DNA from: Candidatus Eiseniibacteriota bacterium
Lineage (GTDB): Bacteria; Orphanbacterota; Orphanbacteria; Orphanbacterales; Orphanbacteraceae
Direction: 5' to 3'
NCBI GenBank assembly: GCA_043809585.1
Contig: JBDROZ010000085.1
Coordinates: 1 to 46,389 of the forward strand
Length of the DNA stretch: 46,389 nt
The notes under the pieces are model-generated. The model made no database searches, was not told the origin of the DNA, and saw only the letters and a program-made list of their open reading frames with translations. Shown here piece after piece: positions 36,811-46,389 of this stretch; position 1 is the stretch's first letter, and each line of letters begins with the position of its first letter. A program made the position numbers and the translations under genes.

Positions 36811-38847
36811 TTACCGCCTTCCTCCCGACAGGTCTTGGGTCTTCCGAATCTCCGAACGCGCCCGCCGCACGTAGGAGAGGGCCCTCTCGTCTTCCGGGTC
36901 GATCTCGAGGATCCGCTCCCACGTCTGGATCGCCGCCGCGAGGTCGCCCGCCGTGTAGAGGTCCATCCCGTGGAAGAGGGCGGCCTGCTTCAAATAGGAT
37001 GTGACGTTCTCGAAGCCGGGGGAGAGGCCGTACACGAACTCGAAGTAGCGGATCGCCTCCGGGTACCGCCCACCCCGGAACGCGTCGAGCCCGGATCGGT
37101 ACATCCGTTCCGCCTCGTCCCTCTCCTCCGCCGTCAGCTCCCTTCTCGGCGCCGGTGGAGGCGCCGCCGTTTCCGCCGCGGCCTTGGCCGCGGGGAGCGG
37201 AGAGGGGTCCGCCGGCGGGGCTTGGAGGCGGGCGATCTCTCTCTCCAGGTCGTCCCGGTCGGGGCGGAGCCCGAGGGCCGCCCGGTAGCGCTCGATCGAC
37301 GTCTCCGGGCTGCCCCGATCCCTGTACCAGTCCCCCTCCTCCACGAGGGCATCGACGCGGAGGGCGACGAGGGAGTCGACCCGCACCCGGAAGCGGCGGG
37401 CATCGGCGTTCTCCGGGTCGATCCGGAGCGCTTCGTCGAAGGCCTCCCGCGCCTCTTCGAAGTCGGAGAGGGCGAGATGCTCGACGCCCCGGGCCAGGTG
37501 GTCGCCCACCTCCCGGTTCCGGACCGTGGCACGTTCGTGGGCGACCCGCGCCTCTTCGGCGAGCCGCTCGGCCCGATCCTCGCCGGGGTCGATGGCGAGG
37601 GCGGCCTGGAATTCGGCGATCGCTTCGAGCAGGTTGCCCGAAGACTGATAGCCGGCCCCCGCGGCGAGGTGCTTCTCCACCCGGGCCCCGGAAAGGCGGG
37701 TGAGCCCCTCTTCGTCCCCCGGCTTCCAGAGGAGTGCCCGCTCGTACGCCGCCTCGGCCCCGGCATGATCGCCGGCGGCGAGAAGATCGTCCCCCTCCCG
37801 GAGGCTCCGCTCGAACTGGCCCCGTTCCTTCCGGTCCAGCTCGGAGAGGGTCCGCTCCTCGAGGATCCGCTGCTCCCGGACACGCCGATCTTCCCGGAGG
37901 TAGTCCAGACTCCGCCCGAAGGTGACCGTCAGGGCGAGGCGGTGGGCATCGCCGAGGTCGCCTCTCCCGAAGGAGTAATCGAGGCGGCCTCCGCCGGCGG
38001 CGAATCCGAACCCGCTCGACCATTCGTCCCCCCCCGCGCCGGCCCGGAGCGCGAGCCCTTCCATGAGGGCCACCTCCGCGCCGAGACGGAACCGGCCGCC
38101 GCTCTTCCGCCCCTGGTCGATCTGAGCGGAGACCGTCCATCCGTTCGTCCCCCCGCCGAAAGCGGGGAGTCGATAGGCGACGCCGACCCGAAGGAGGGAG
38201 GGCAGCCGGTCCTCCCCTTCGACGAGCGTGAGGGTCGGCTCCACGGCGTTCCGGATCGCCGCGCCGACGGCGAAGTTCCTCCTCGACCACGCGCCGTCCG
38301 GCGGGTCGGAGCTCCGGAGGAGCACGCCGAGGTCGACGCCAACCCCGGTGGCCGTGCGGCCGTCGAGCGAGTGGGTTTCCGCCTTCAGGCTCGCGCCGAC
38401 CGCGACGGGGCCGAAGTCGGGAAGGGCGTAGGAGAGGATCCACTCGTTCTGCACGTTCGAGAACGTGCCCTGCGCCTCCCCCCCGGCGTCGTATTTCTCG
38501 ATGCCGTCCAACCCGTAGCGGAGATTGCCGAATCCGACGGTGCCGAAATCGAGAAGTGGATGGACGTAGCCGACGTAGGTGTACCGGTTCCCCTCGACGA
38601 AGGGGGACGTGTAATAGAAGGTCAGCTCTTTCCGTCCTCCGCCGGCGAGCCCCGCCGGGTTCCACACCAGAGCGTCCGGTCCCTCGGCGAGGGCCGTGTA
38701 GGCGCCCCCGAGGGCGAGGGCCCGCGCGCCGGCGCCGACGGCGAAAGGCGACTCCACGCCTCCCCGCTCCGCCCCGGTGGCGGACGAGGAGATCAGGAGC
38801 AAGATCGCCGTCGCTCTAGCGCAGAACCGCAATTTTCCGAATTCCAT
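36811..38847 (-). CDS. PorV/PorQ-family beta-barrel fused to a C-terminal TPR region
   Basis: Signal peptide; GAGARALALGGAYTALAEGPDALVWNPAGL; barrel ending LDY...LGDAHRLALTVTFG; then about 350 aa of TPRs. Confidence 0.85.
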   Translation of the reverse strand: MEFGKLRFCARATAILLLISSSATGAERGGVESPFAVGAGARALALGGAYTALAEGPDALVWNPAGLAGGGRKELTFYYTSPFVEGNRYTYVGYVHPLLDFGTVGFGNLRYGLDGIEKYDAGGEAQGTFSNVQNEWILSYALPDFGPVAVGASLKAETHSLDGRTATGVGVDLGVLLRSSDPPDGAWSRRNFAVGAAIRNAVEPTLTLVEGEDRLPSLLRVGVAYRLPAFGGGTNGWTVSAQIDQGRKSGGRFRLGAEVALMEGLALRAGAGGDEWSSGFGFAAGGGRLDYSFGRGDLGDAHRLALTVTFGRSLDYLREDRRVREQRILEERTLSELDRKERGQFERSLREGDDLLAAGDHAGAEAAYERALLWKPGDEEGLTRLSGARVEKHLAAGAGYQSSGNLLEAIAEFQAALAIDPGEDRAERLAEEARVAHERATVRNREVGDHLARGVEHLALSDFEEAREAFDEALRIDPENADARRFRVRVDSLVALRVDALVEEGDWYRDRGSPETSIERYRAALGLRPDRDDLEREIARLQAPPADPSPLPAAKAAAETAAPPPAPRRELTAEERDEAERMYRSGLDAFRGGRYPEAIRYFEFVYGLSPGFENVTSYLKQAALFHGMDLYTAGDLAAAIQTWERILEIDPEDERALSYVRRARSEIRKTQDLSGGRR

Positions 38848-41800
38848 GCTCGGACGCTCCGCTTTCGTAACGCACGGTGACCGACGCGAGGTAGGCGCCG
38901 GAGATCACGTCACGGCCCTCTCCGTTCCTGCCGTCCCATCCGGTTTCCAAGAGTCCCGCGCCGCCGATCCTCGCTTCCCACGACCGGACCGGGACGCCCA
39001 GTCCCGTGAAGATCCGGATCTCGACCCGGCCCGGTTCTTTCGCGTAGAAGGCGATGGTCGTCTCCTCCCGGCCGGCGGCGAAGGGATTGGGGTAGTTCCT
39101 GAGGCTCCCGTCGAAGGTTCGCTCCGCGAGGTGGGCGTAGGCGGACGGGTTCACGCTCTCCTCCGTCACCTCTTCCACCGCCGGGCCCTCGCCCACGAGC
39201 TCGATCCGGTCCGCGGGAAGTCGGATACGGAAGGCGGCCAGCGAGGGATCGTCGGCGATCTCCAGATCGCCCGTGACCGCCAGCGTCTCCGACGGGGCGA
39301 TCCCGAGGGGCGGATCGAAGGTGAACGCGATCTCCGAAGCCCCGAAGACGCCCGCCGTCTCGGTCCCATCGGCGCCGGCCCGGACGACGGCGGACCGGAA
39401 GGCGGCGGACGGGTCCGCGGTCGACCCCTCCCGGTCCTCCACGAGAAGCGCGAAGCCCCGGAGGCGGAGCTCCGATTCCTCCTCGCCCCCCGAGGGGGTC
39501 AGCTTCAGCGAAATCCCGCTGAGGCCCGACGCCCCGCCCACGGTGGTCGGCGGAAGGGAGAGCCGGATCCTCGCTTCGACCCGCTCGCTGATCCGGCGCA
39601 CCTTCATCGGGTCCGAGCGATAGAGACCCGGATCGTCCCCGGCGAATCGGATCGCCACGGGCTCCCCGGTGATGCCGTCCGCCCCGTCGATCATCCCGGC
39701 GGTCACCACGAACCGGTAATCGCCGGGGGGGGCATCCGCCCGGAGGTCGACCACGACGCCCGCCTCCGTCCGGTTCCCCGGCTCGAGCGCCACGGGGGCG
39801 GAGAAGGGGAGCGAAAGGGTGGCCGAACCGTCCGCGAGGGGAGCGGCCGAGGCGATCACCGCTCCGGTTCGGATCTGGACGCGGGCGACGAGGGATCTCA
39901 TCTCCGCCGAATCGCCGCCCGCTTCTTCGAGGCGAATCCGAAGGCCAAGGACCCGCACCGGCGACAGGGTGTCTCCTCCGGGGTGTTCGAAGGCGATGCG
40001 GAACGCCTCCCGGCCCGTGGCCCCCGGATAGACCGCGGAGGTGTCGGTCCCCGGGGATCCCTCCGCGAACATCGTGTCCGTCGGGATGACCACGATCGTC
40101 CCGATCGGCTCGGTCACGAGGAGCTCTACCTCCACGCCCCCTTCGTCCGTCTCCGTTCGCGGATCGATGAAGACCGTGTCCGACACGCCGAGACGGAAGG
40201 GGCCGAGGGGGGCGCCCGCGCCGAGGTCGCCGGTCAGGCTCATCCCGATCGGATTGCCGACCGGTACGATCACGGGAGGAGAGAGGGGGATGGTGAGCAC
40301 GCCTGCCGCCGTCGTCCAGTGGTTCCCCTGGAAGTGGGTGATCCCCGTGCCGGTGACCCGGGCCCTGTCGAAGGGGAAGAGGCCGTCGGAGAGGAGGATC
40401 TTGATCGCGCGGATCGAGACGTCGGCGGTCACGCCGGGGACGCCTTGGCTCTGAAACTCCACGCCCAGGATCGGCACCGATGCCGTCCCCCGGTTGACCC
40501 GCGGGGGCAACCCCTCGCGGACGGTGACGACCAGCGCGGTCGGGGGGACGACGATGGACGCGACGCGGGTCCTGATCGGGAACGGTCCGATTACGGGCAC
40601 CGCCGATCCGGAAAGGACGTTCCGCGCCGTCACCGCGGACGGCGCCGGCAGAGCACCGGCGAAGGAGCCGGCGGAGGGCTCGACGAGAAGGTCGACGAGA
40701 AGTTCCAATGCCGCCGTCTCCCCCGGCGCGATGTCGATCGGCGCATTCAGGGGAAGTGTGAGGACCCCTTCGCCCACGGAGGCGGAATCGACCAGGCCGA
40801 TCGGGGCGCCCCCCCGCTCCACCGCGGCCCCCCGGAGGAGATCCCGAGCGGCGATCGCCCCCCCCCCGTCGTCCTCGAAGACGACGCGGATCGTGTCCAC
40901 CCTGACGGGTGCGGCCCCGCTCCCGCTTCCGTCGGCGTGTGTGAGGGTGAGGACGAAGAGCGGCACGAGCCGGTCTCCACGGCTGACCGCTTCGGGAAGG
41001 GTGTTCACGCCGCTCACGAGGAGACCCGTCGGCGCCGGCTTGGTGGTGACCGCGTCCGAGTCGACCAGGAAGGAAGAGACCGGCGTTCCGTCCGACGCCC
41101 TCTCCCCCCGCGCCCGCCCGCGGAGGGTCGCGGTGCCGGGGGTCTCGGCGCGGAGCCGCCATTCGAACCGAGCCGTCCCGCCGGGGGGAAGAACGAGCGG
41201 GCCGTTCGCGGGCGTCCCCAGAACCGTGTGATGTACTCCGGTCACCGCGAAGCTGTCCGGCTCCACCAGGACGAGCGTGTCCGGCGAGGGGCCCGTCAGG
41301 TTCTCCGCGACCAACGCGGCGGTCCACTCCTGACCTGCCGAGAGGGGTCCGGCGGGGATTTCAAGACTCGCGAAAAGAGGAGAGGTGGAGACCTGCAGGA
41401 CCGCGCCCGCCGGGACCGGTCCGTCGACGGGACCGTCGTTCCCGGAGGCGACGGTGAGCCCGAAGGAGGGGATGGCGAGGGAGAGCGTGCGGCCGTCCCG
41501 GGCGCCGGCGGAGGCGGCCACGCGGACCCGGAGCGTCTCTCCGCCGGCCGGGACCGCCAGTCCGATCCCCTCCCGGGCCCACGCCTGGCCGTTCCAGACG
41601 AGGTCGCCGAGTTCCGTCTCCCCCGCCCCCGATCCGGCGAGGAGGGTGAGTCGTTCGATGTCGACCATGTCCGCCGTGCCCTGGTTCACGAGGCGCACGC
41701 CGAGGAGCGAGTCCGAACGGCAACCGTTCGAGGGGACCGTGATGGAAAGGGCGAGCCGCCCACTCTCGGTCGGGGTGAGGGCGCCCCCCGGAATCCCGTG

Positions 41801-44800
41801 CACCTTCACCTGGGCCGCCGCCATGCCGTTCACCACGGGGGGGGAGGGAGTTCCGATGGGGAAGGACCCCTCGATCACGCGGTCGACGGCGAAGAGGAAC
41901 GCTTCCGGCCCGGAGAGAAGAAGGCGGACCGTGTCCCCGTCCGCCGCGCAGGCGAGTCCCACGTCGCCGCCGATCGTCACCGTGCGGACGCCGCCGGGGG
42001 GGAGGGGGAGGGTGAAACCGGCGAGCGCGGCCCTCCCCGACAGGGTCGGTGCGGTCGCGAGGGGGGGGCCGGGATTCCCGCCGATCCGGGCGCCGTCGTA
42101 GAGCTTCACCCTCTTCATGACCGAGTCGGGCTCATCCCCCGAGGAGAGGTTTTCCACCGTGAGCCCCACGAGCCGGACCGTGTCCGGGTAGACGTTGGCG
42201 AGATCGACCTCGAAGAGGAGGAGGTCCGTCCGCCCCGGGAGGGGGGCGGTCTCGCCTCCGCCCCCGCCCGCCTCGGCGATGACGCGGCGGGCGCCGCCGA
42301 ACACCCGGGCCGAGGGGGCGAGCACAGGGGCGTCGACGGGACCGTCGTTCGACGAGGCCATGAGCACTCCGTCGACGGGCACCCGGAGGCGGAGGGTCCG
42401 CTCGTCCACCGCGTTCGCCGAGGCGTCGACGGAGAGGAAGAGCCGCGCGCCCCCGGGCGAAACGGGCAACCCGAGGCCGGAGCGGGTCCAGCCGTCGCCG
42501 GTCCAGTAGAGGGCGCCGAGGTCCGTGTCGTCCCCGCCCCCCCGGTCGTACCCACCGTTCCCGCCGTCCCGCCAGAGCCGCACCTCGACGATGTCCTCCC
42601 CCTGCAGGGCCGTGCCGGCGTTCTGCACGGTGAGGGAGCGGAGCGTGTCCGCCCGGTACCCGTTGGAAGGGATCACCAGACCGAGGGCGAGGGAGTCGTT
42701 CGCCCCCGCCGGGAGGTCGGGGGGGAAACCGGCGTCGGCGGCGAGCTGGGCCGCCACGAATCCGTCGACGATACGGGCCCCCGGCGAGTCGAGAGGGAAG
42801 GCCGCCGAGACCTGGGTGGTTCCGCCGAAGACGAGATCCGCCGCCCCCGCGACCGCCCCGTCGATCTCTTCCCCGTCCGGCGCCTTCGCCTTGTTCAGGT
42901 CGCCGGTCACGAGGAGCCCCGCCGTGTCCCCCCCCGCGACGGTGAAGGCGAGTCCGGCGAAGAGCGCCTTGCCCCCCGAGAAGCTTCCGGTCCCGAGGAC
43001 CGTCTCGCCGCCGTCCGCGGCGCCGTTCCGGTTCCCGTCCGCGACGAGACGGATCGCGGAGAAGATGCCGTCCCGTTCCGCGACCGTTCCGGGGCCCGCG
43101 CCGTCGTTCGTGACCCGGAGGGCGCTCAGCGTGCGCCCCCCTTCGTACAGGTTGACCAGGTCGAGCCGGAGGAGAGGGACGGATGAGGCGTCCGGCCGGA
43201 CCACGGTCCCTTCGATCGCCGGGGCGCTCACCGCCACGTAGGGGGGGAGAAGCTCGAGGGAGTTCGCCTTCGCGAGAAAGGTCTCCTCGAATCGCCCGCC
43301 GTTGCCGTCCTCACCGTCGATGTGGAGGAAGACCGGGTAGTTTCCAGGGGCGATCTCCTCGGGCACCGTCTCGCCTCCGAAGAGGCAGATCCCGGGTTCG
43401 CCCCCGGGGAGGAGCGCGACCGGCGCCGTGAGGGATGCCTCGAATGTGGCGTTCCCGTCGCCGAAGGTGAAGGTGGTCGCGGTGCCGAGGGTGAGGGCCG
43501 GGCCCCGGACGTTTTCGAGGGCGATGGCGAATCCCGCCTCCCGTCCGGCCACGACCCGGTGGGGAAAGAGAGAACGGGTGACGTCGATGAGGAGGGGCGC
43601 CTCCCCGACGGTCCATGATCCGGTCGTTGCCGCTCCGGACGCCGCGGAGCCCCCTTCTCCCGAAACGAAGGAGGCCGACGCTTCGCCGTCGATGACGACT
43701 GCCTGCCCGGCCAGGGCCGAGTCGGCCACGTCCACGAGGAACCGGAGCGTGTCCCGGCCACCATCGGGGACCGGGCCGCCGGACCAGGGGATCGCCGTGA
43801 CGGCGTAGTCCTCCTCCCGGTCTCCGCCCCCCGCGGTGAAGCGGAGAGCGCCGGCGAGAGAGGTGATGCCGCCCCCGGTCCCGTTCCGGAGGGCGAGGGC
43901 GACGGGGATCTCCCGCTCCCCCCGGGTCACCATGGCCCGGGACTCGATCACCGCCTCGATCAAGAGCCCCGCCGGATCGAAGACCGTGACCGGCGCCGTT
44001 CCCGAAACCGGCCCCGGAGCGGAGGCGATCACCGATCCCGTCCCCGCGTTCTCGGCGGTGAAGAGCCCTCCGCTCACGGCGCCGATGCCGCCGGTGACGG
44101 ACCAATCGATCGGGTCCCCCGTCGGGTTCCCCTCTCCGTCGTAGGCGATGGCGATGAAGAGCTTCTCCTCTCCCGCCGCGAGCGCCGCCGCAGGCGGCGC
44201 GATCGTCACGGATCGGGCCGGTCCCGGCACGACGGTGATCGGGCCGCTCCGGCCGGTGATGGGACCGCCGGTCACGATCACGCTATCGACGCCGGGTGTG
44301 GTCGCGGCGAAGAGGCCCGTCGCCGAGTTGATCGCGCCGATCGAAGATCCCCCGCTCCAGCCGAGCGGGCCGGGGTCGTCGATCACGTTTCCGCCGCCGT
44401 CCCGGGCGACGGCCGTGAAGTGGATGGTCTCCTCCGTGTTCACCGTGTCCGAGTGGGGGACCACCTCGAGGGAGGCGAGTTCGCCGGGCACGATGGAGAG
44501 GGAGGCCGTGTCCGACACCGCGCCGGCGGCGGCGACGATGACCGCCGCCCCGACCGACGCCGGGAGGAAGAGGCCGTCAGAATCGATGGAACCGAGTCCC
44601 GTCGGCTCGCTCCAGGAGACCGCGGCCGGATCCAGGGCGTTCGAATCGGCGTCGAAGAGGGCCGCCTCGAACTGAACGGAACTGAGAACGCTGATCGACG
44701 TGTCCGCCGGGGTCACGGCGAGGATCGCCGGCGCGCCCGGCGTCACCTCCACGGCGGCGCTCTCCGCGGCCGCCCCCTCGGCGGCGATCACCCATCCCGT

Positions 44801-46153
44801 TCCCGCTCCGGCCGGGTCGAAGAGGCCGGCGCCGTCGATCGTCCCGATGCCGCCGGCCACGGTCCACGCAGGATCGATGACCGTCTCGTAGCCGCCGTCG
44901 TCGTACCCGGCGGCGGTGAAGAGGAGGATCGAGTCGGCCGTGAGGGAGGCGGCGGGGGGGGCGATCTCGATCGTCACGGCGGGTCCCGCCGTCACGACCA
45001 CCCGGTACGTGTCCGAATCCCCCGCCGTCCCGTTGGCGTCCCCTTCGGCGAGGACCTGGGGGGCGAAGTGGGTTCGCGAGTCGTCGCCGTAGGGGACGAG
45101 GAGAATGCCCCCCGGCGCGGGCGCGTCCGGCGTCCGGACGCGGAAGTCGATCTCCACCGTGGCCGTCGCCGCGAGGGGGGCGGCGAGCCGGACGTCGAGG
45201 GTCTCTTCGTCCCCGGCGTTCGACCAGAAGACGTCTCCCCCGCCGACCCGGACCGCGAGGGGAAGGGGCCCCGCGAATCCTCCCGGGAAGGGGAGGAAGA
45301 TCCGGTCGACGCCGGAGTGGACCGATCCGTCCTCGATGGTGAACCGGGCGGCGAGGGTGAATTCCGCTTCGGCGTTTCGGACCGCTTCGGCCGGAACGAT
45401 CTCGGCGACCCCTTCGCCGAAGGCGGGGAGCTCGGGGTCGGGCGTCTCCACCACGAGGGTGAGGGCCGGTCGGAGGGACGGGATGGCATAGTCGCTCGAC
45501 GGGATCGACACGATCGTGTTCTGTCCCGAACCGTAGGCGAGGATCACCCCGTGCTCCCCGCCGAGATCCTCGTACCAATCTTCGGCGAGCCCCGTCACAT
45601 CGAATCGGAGCCATTCATGTTTCGCCGTCACCGTGTCCATCGCCGCCGCGGGTGTTTCGTAGTCGCCGCCGGCCCTCGTCCAGTAGGAGGGGGGGATTCG
45701 CACGTACCAGTTGACGCCGCTGAACGGCTGGCCGGTCCCCTCCGCCCACGCCGCGGTCACCCGGTGGACGCCGACTTGGAGAGGGTCGACGTAGGGGGGC
45801 GACATCGGTCGGAAGTCCTCCACGTAGACCGCGAGCTCGGCGCTCACCAGGCGGGCGTCCGGGGGGAGCCCGGGGAGGGGGAAGCGGAGGAGGGACCGCC
45901 ACTGGTGCGCGGCGGCCGTATACACGGGGGGCTCGATGTCGAGACTGTCCAAGTCGACCGGCTCCAGCCCGGCCCCGCGCCCCACGAAGAGGGTGTCCCG
46001 GAGGCCCGTGCTGAGGTAGGGGGACGCGGAGCTGATCCAGGCGTCGACCCCGTTCGTGCCGTTCGGCTGAATCACGTATGTCGTCGTCCCCGCCGCGGCG
46101 GCGCCGGCGAGAAATACAATGGATATCAATGAACGAAGGAGAAGACGAATCAT
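38816..46153 (-). CDS. giant (~2445 aa) secreted surface protein: DNRLRE-like N-terminal domain, Ig-like repeats, C-terminal FlgD/T9SS-type sorting domain
   Basis: Signal peptide; DAWI...RSLLRF...VHRVTAAWAEG...FDVT.L...W; Big_2-like repeats (FTA..YD..GN, WSV.GGIG.I...GLF); C-terminus NYPNPF...TTIAF...WDGRN..G..V.SG.Y. Confidence 0.9.
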   Translation of the reverse strand: MIRLLLRSLISIVFLAGAAAAGTTTYVIQPNGTNGVDAWISSASPYLSTGLRDTLFVGRGAGLEPVDLDSLDIEPPVYTAAAHQWRSLLRFPLPGLPPDARLVSAELAVYVEDFRPMSPPYVDPLQVGVHRVTAAWAEGTGQPFSGVNWYVRIPPSYWTRAGGDYETPAAAMDTVTAKHEWLRFDVTGLAEDWYEDLGGEHGVILAYGSGQNTIVSIPSSDYAIPSLRPALTLVVETPDPELPAFGEGVAEIVPAEAVRNAEAEFTLAARFTIEDGSVHSGVDRIFLPFPGGFAGPLPLAVRVGGGDVFWSNAGDEETLDVRLAAPLAATATVEIDFRVRTPDAPAPGGILLVPYGDDSRTHFAPQVLAEGDANGTAGDSDTYRVVVTAGPAVTIEIAPPAASLTADSILLFTAAGYDDGGYETVIDPAWTVAGGIGTIDGAGLFDPAGAGTGWVIAAEGAAAESAAVEVTPGAPAILAVTPADTSISVLSSVQFEAALFDADSNALDPAAVSWSEPTGLGSIDSDGLFLPASVGAAVIVAAAGAVSDTASLSIVPGELASLEVVPHSDTVNTEETIHFTAVARDGGGNVIDDPGPLGWSGGSSIGAINSATGLFAATTPGVDSVIVTGGPITGRSGPITVVPGPARSVTIAPPAAALAAGEEKLFIAIAYDGEGNPTGDPIDWSVTGGIGAVSGGLFTAENAGTGSVIASAPGPVSGTAPVTVFDPAGLLIEAVIESRAMVTRGEREIPVALALRNGTGGGITSLAGALRFTAGGGDREEDYAVTAIPWSGGPVPDGGRDTLRFLVDVADSALAGQAVVIDGEASASFVSGEGGSAASGAATTGSWTVGEAPLLIDVTRSLFPHRVVAGREAGFAIALENVRGPALTLGTATTFTFGDGNATFEASLTAPVALLPGGEPGICLFGGETVPEEIAPGNYPVFLHIDGEDGNGGRFEETFLAKANSLELLPPYVAVSAPAIEGTVVRPDASSVPLLRLDLVNLYEGGRTLSALRVTNDGAGPGTVAERDGIFSAIRLVADGNRNGAADGGETVLGTGSFSGGKALFAGLAFTVAGGDTAGLLVTGDLNKAKAPDGEEIDGAVAGAADLVFGGTTQVSAAFPLDSPGARIVDGFVAAQLAADAGFPPDLPAGANDSLALGLVIPSNGYRADTLRSLTVQNAGTALQGEDIVEVRLWRDGGNGGYDRGGGDDTDLGALYWTGDGWTRSGLGLPVSPGGARLFLSVDASANAVDERTLRLRVPVDGVLMASSNDGPVDAPVLAPSARVFGGARRVIAEAGGGGGETAPLPGRTDLLLFEVDLANVYPDTVRLVGLTVENLSSGDEPDSVMKRVKLYDGARIGGNPGPPLATAPTLSGRAALAGFTLPLPPGGVRTVTIGGDVGLACAADGDTVRLLLSGPEAFLFAVDRVIEGSFPIGTPSPPVVNGMAAAQVKVHGIPGGALTPTESGRLALSITVPSNGCRSDSLLGVRLVNQGTADMVDIERLTLLAGSGAGETELGDLVWNGQAWAREGIGLAVPAGGETLRVRVAASAGARDGRTLSLAIPSFGLTVASGNDGPVDGPVPAGAVLQVSTSPLFASLEIPAGPLSAGQEWTAALVAENLTGPSPDTLVLVEPDSFAVTGVHHTVLGTPANGPLVLPPGGTARFEWRLRAETPGTATLRGRARGERASDGTPVSSFLVDSDAVTTKPAPTGLLVSGVNTLPEAVSRGDRLVPLFVLTLTHADGSGSGAAPVRVDTIRVVFEDDGGGAIAARDLLRGAAVERGGAPIGLVDSASVGEGVLTLPLNAPIDIAPGETAALELLVDLLVEPSAGSFAGALPAPSAVTARNVLSGSAVPVIGPFPIRTRVASIVVPPTALVVTVREGLPPRVNRGTASVPILGVEFQSQGVPGVTADVSIRAIKILLSDGLFPFDRARVTGTGITHFQGNHWTTAAGVLTIPLSPPVIVPVGNPIGMSLTGDLGAGAPLGPFRLGVSDTVFIDPRTETDEGGVEVELLVTEPIGTIVVIPTDTMFAEGSPGTDTSAVYPGATGREAFRIAFEHPGGDTLSPVRVLGLRIRLEEAGGDSAEMRSLVARVQIRTGAVIASAAPLADGSATLSLPFSAPVALEPGNRTEAGVVVDLRADAPPGDYRFVVTAGMIDGADGITGEPVAIRFAGDDPGLYRSDPMKVRRISERVEARIRLSLPPTTVGGASGLSGISLKLTPSGGEEESELRLRGFALLVEDREGSTADPSAAFRSAVVRAGADGTETAGVFGASEIAFTFDPPLGIAPSETLAVTGDLEIADDPSLAAFRIRLPADRIELVGEGPAVEEVTEESVNPSAYAHLAERTFDGSLRNYPNPFAAGREETTIAFYAKEPGRVEIRIFTGLGVPVRSWEARIGGAGLLETGWDGRNGEGRDVISGAYLASVTVRYESGASEHGIRKIAVLR

Positions 46154-46389
46154 GCAAACTCCACCGAGGACGGGCCGGAAGTGGGGCTCCGCGCTCTCAT
46201 TCATACGTAGAATCGGCCGTTCCCGGGGAACTCTTGAGGACGGAACCACTAGCCTGGATTATGCACAAATCTCCTACTGCGATCTCGGATCGCCGCCTGC
46301 GAAGCCTCCTTTCCGTCGCCGCCTCCTCGACGGGGCCCGTGGCGCACTTTCATCTTCTCGCGACCGCTCGGAGCGAGAAGTGTTAGTGC

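Noticed and set aside
38777-43186. 1469-aa plus-strand ORF and other long overlapping ORFs (e.g. 400..2079, 9775..12861, 17746..20817, 21682..24114)
   Set aside because: Antisense or alternate-frame shadows of well-supported genes in GC-rich DNA; Arg/Pro/Gly-rich with no motifs.
46260-46389. CDS or RNA at the window end (hairpin CTTCTCGC...GCGAGAAG)
   Set aside because: Too short and truncated to support a call.

Overview
High-GC bacterial chromosomal segment. The PorV-like gene and FlgD/T9SS-type C-terminal domain suggest an FCB-related diderm lineage such as Eisenbacteria, Krumholzibacteria or Latescibacteria (inference). Most long ORFs in the supplied track are GC-rich shadow frames; about 35 real genes can be supported. 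In order: CIRCE-controlled groES-groEL; a lipoprotein with a metallophosphoesterase; a Gfo/Idh/MocA oxidoreductase; hisC and a chorismate mutase-prephenate dehydrogenase fusion; a methyltransferase and flippase-like protein; an NCS2 permease; three GT-C-type membrane proteins with TPRs; a TIGR02757 gene split by a T7 frameshift; a histone H1-like protein; two sulfatase-like proteins; an NhaC-family antiporter; ccmH; queE-queC; etfBA; bactofilin; mog/moaB; and a 13-kb minus-strand operon. That operon encodes a ~2445-aa surface protein, a PorV-TPR fusion, a PP2C phosphatase, an anti-sigma kinase, a STAS protein and a GAF histidine kinase. Best non-coding candidates: a ~300-400 nt multibranched RNA with its own sigma70-type promoter between queE and etfB (no family recognised), a 189-bp MITE in the queC stop codon, and a ~430-bp repeat array. 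No tRNA, rRNA, CRISPR array or transposase was recognised.
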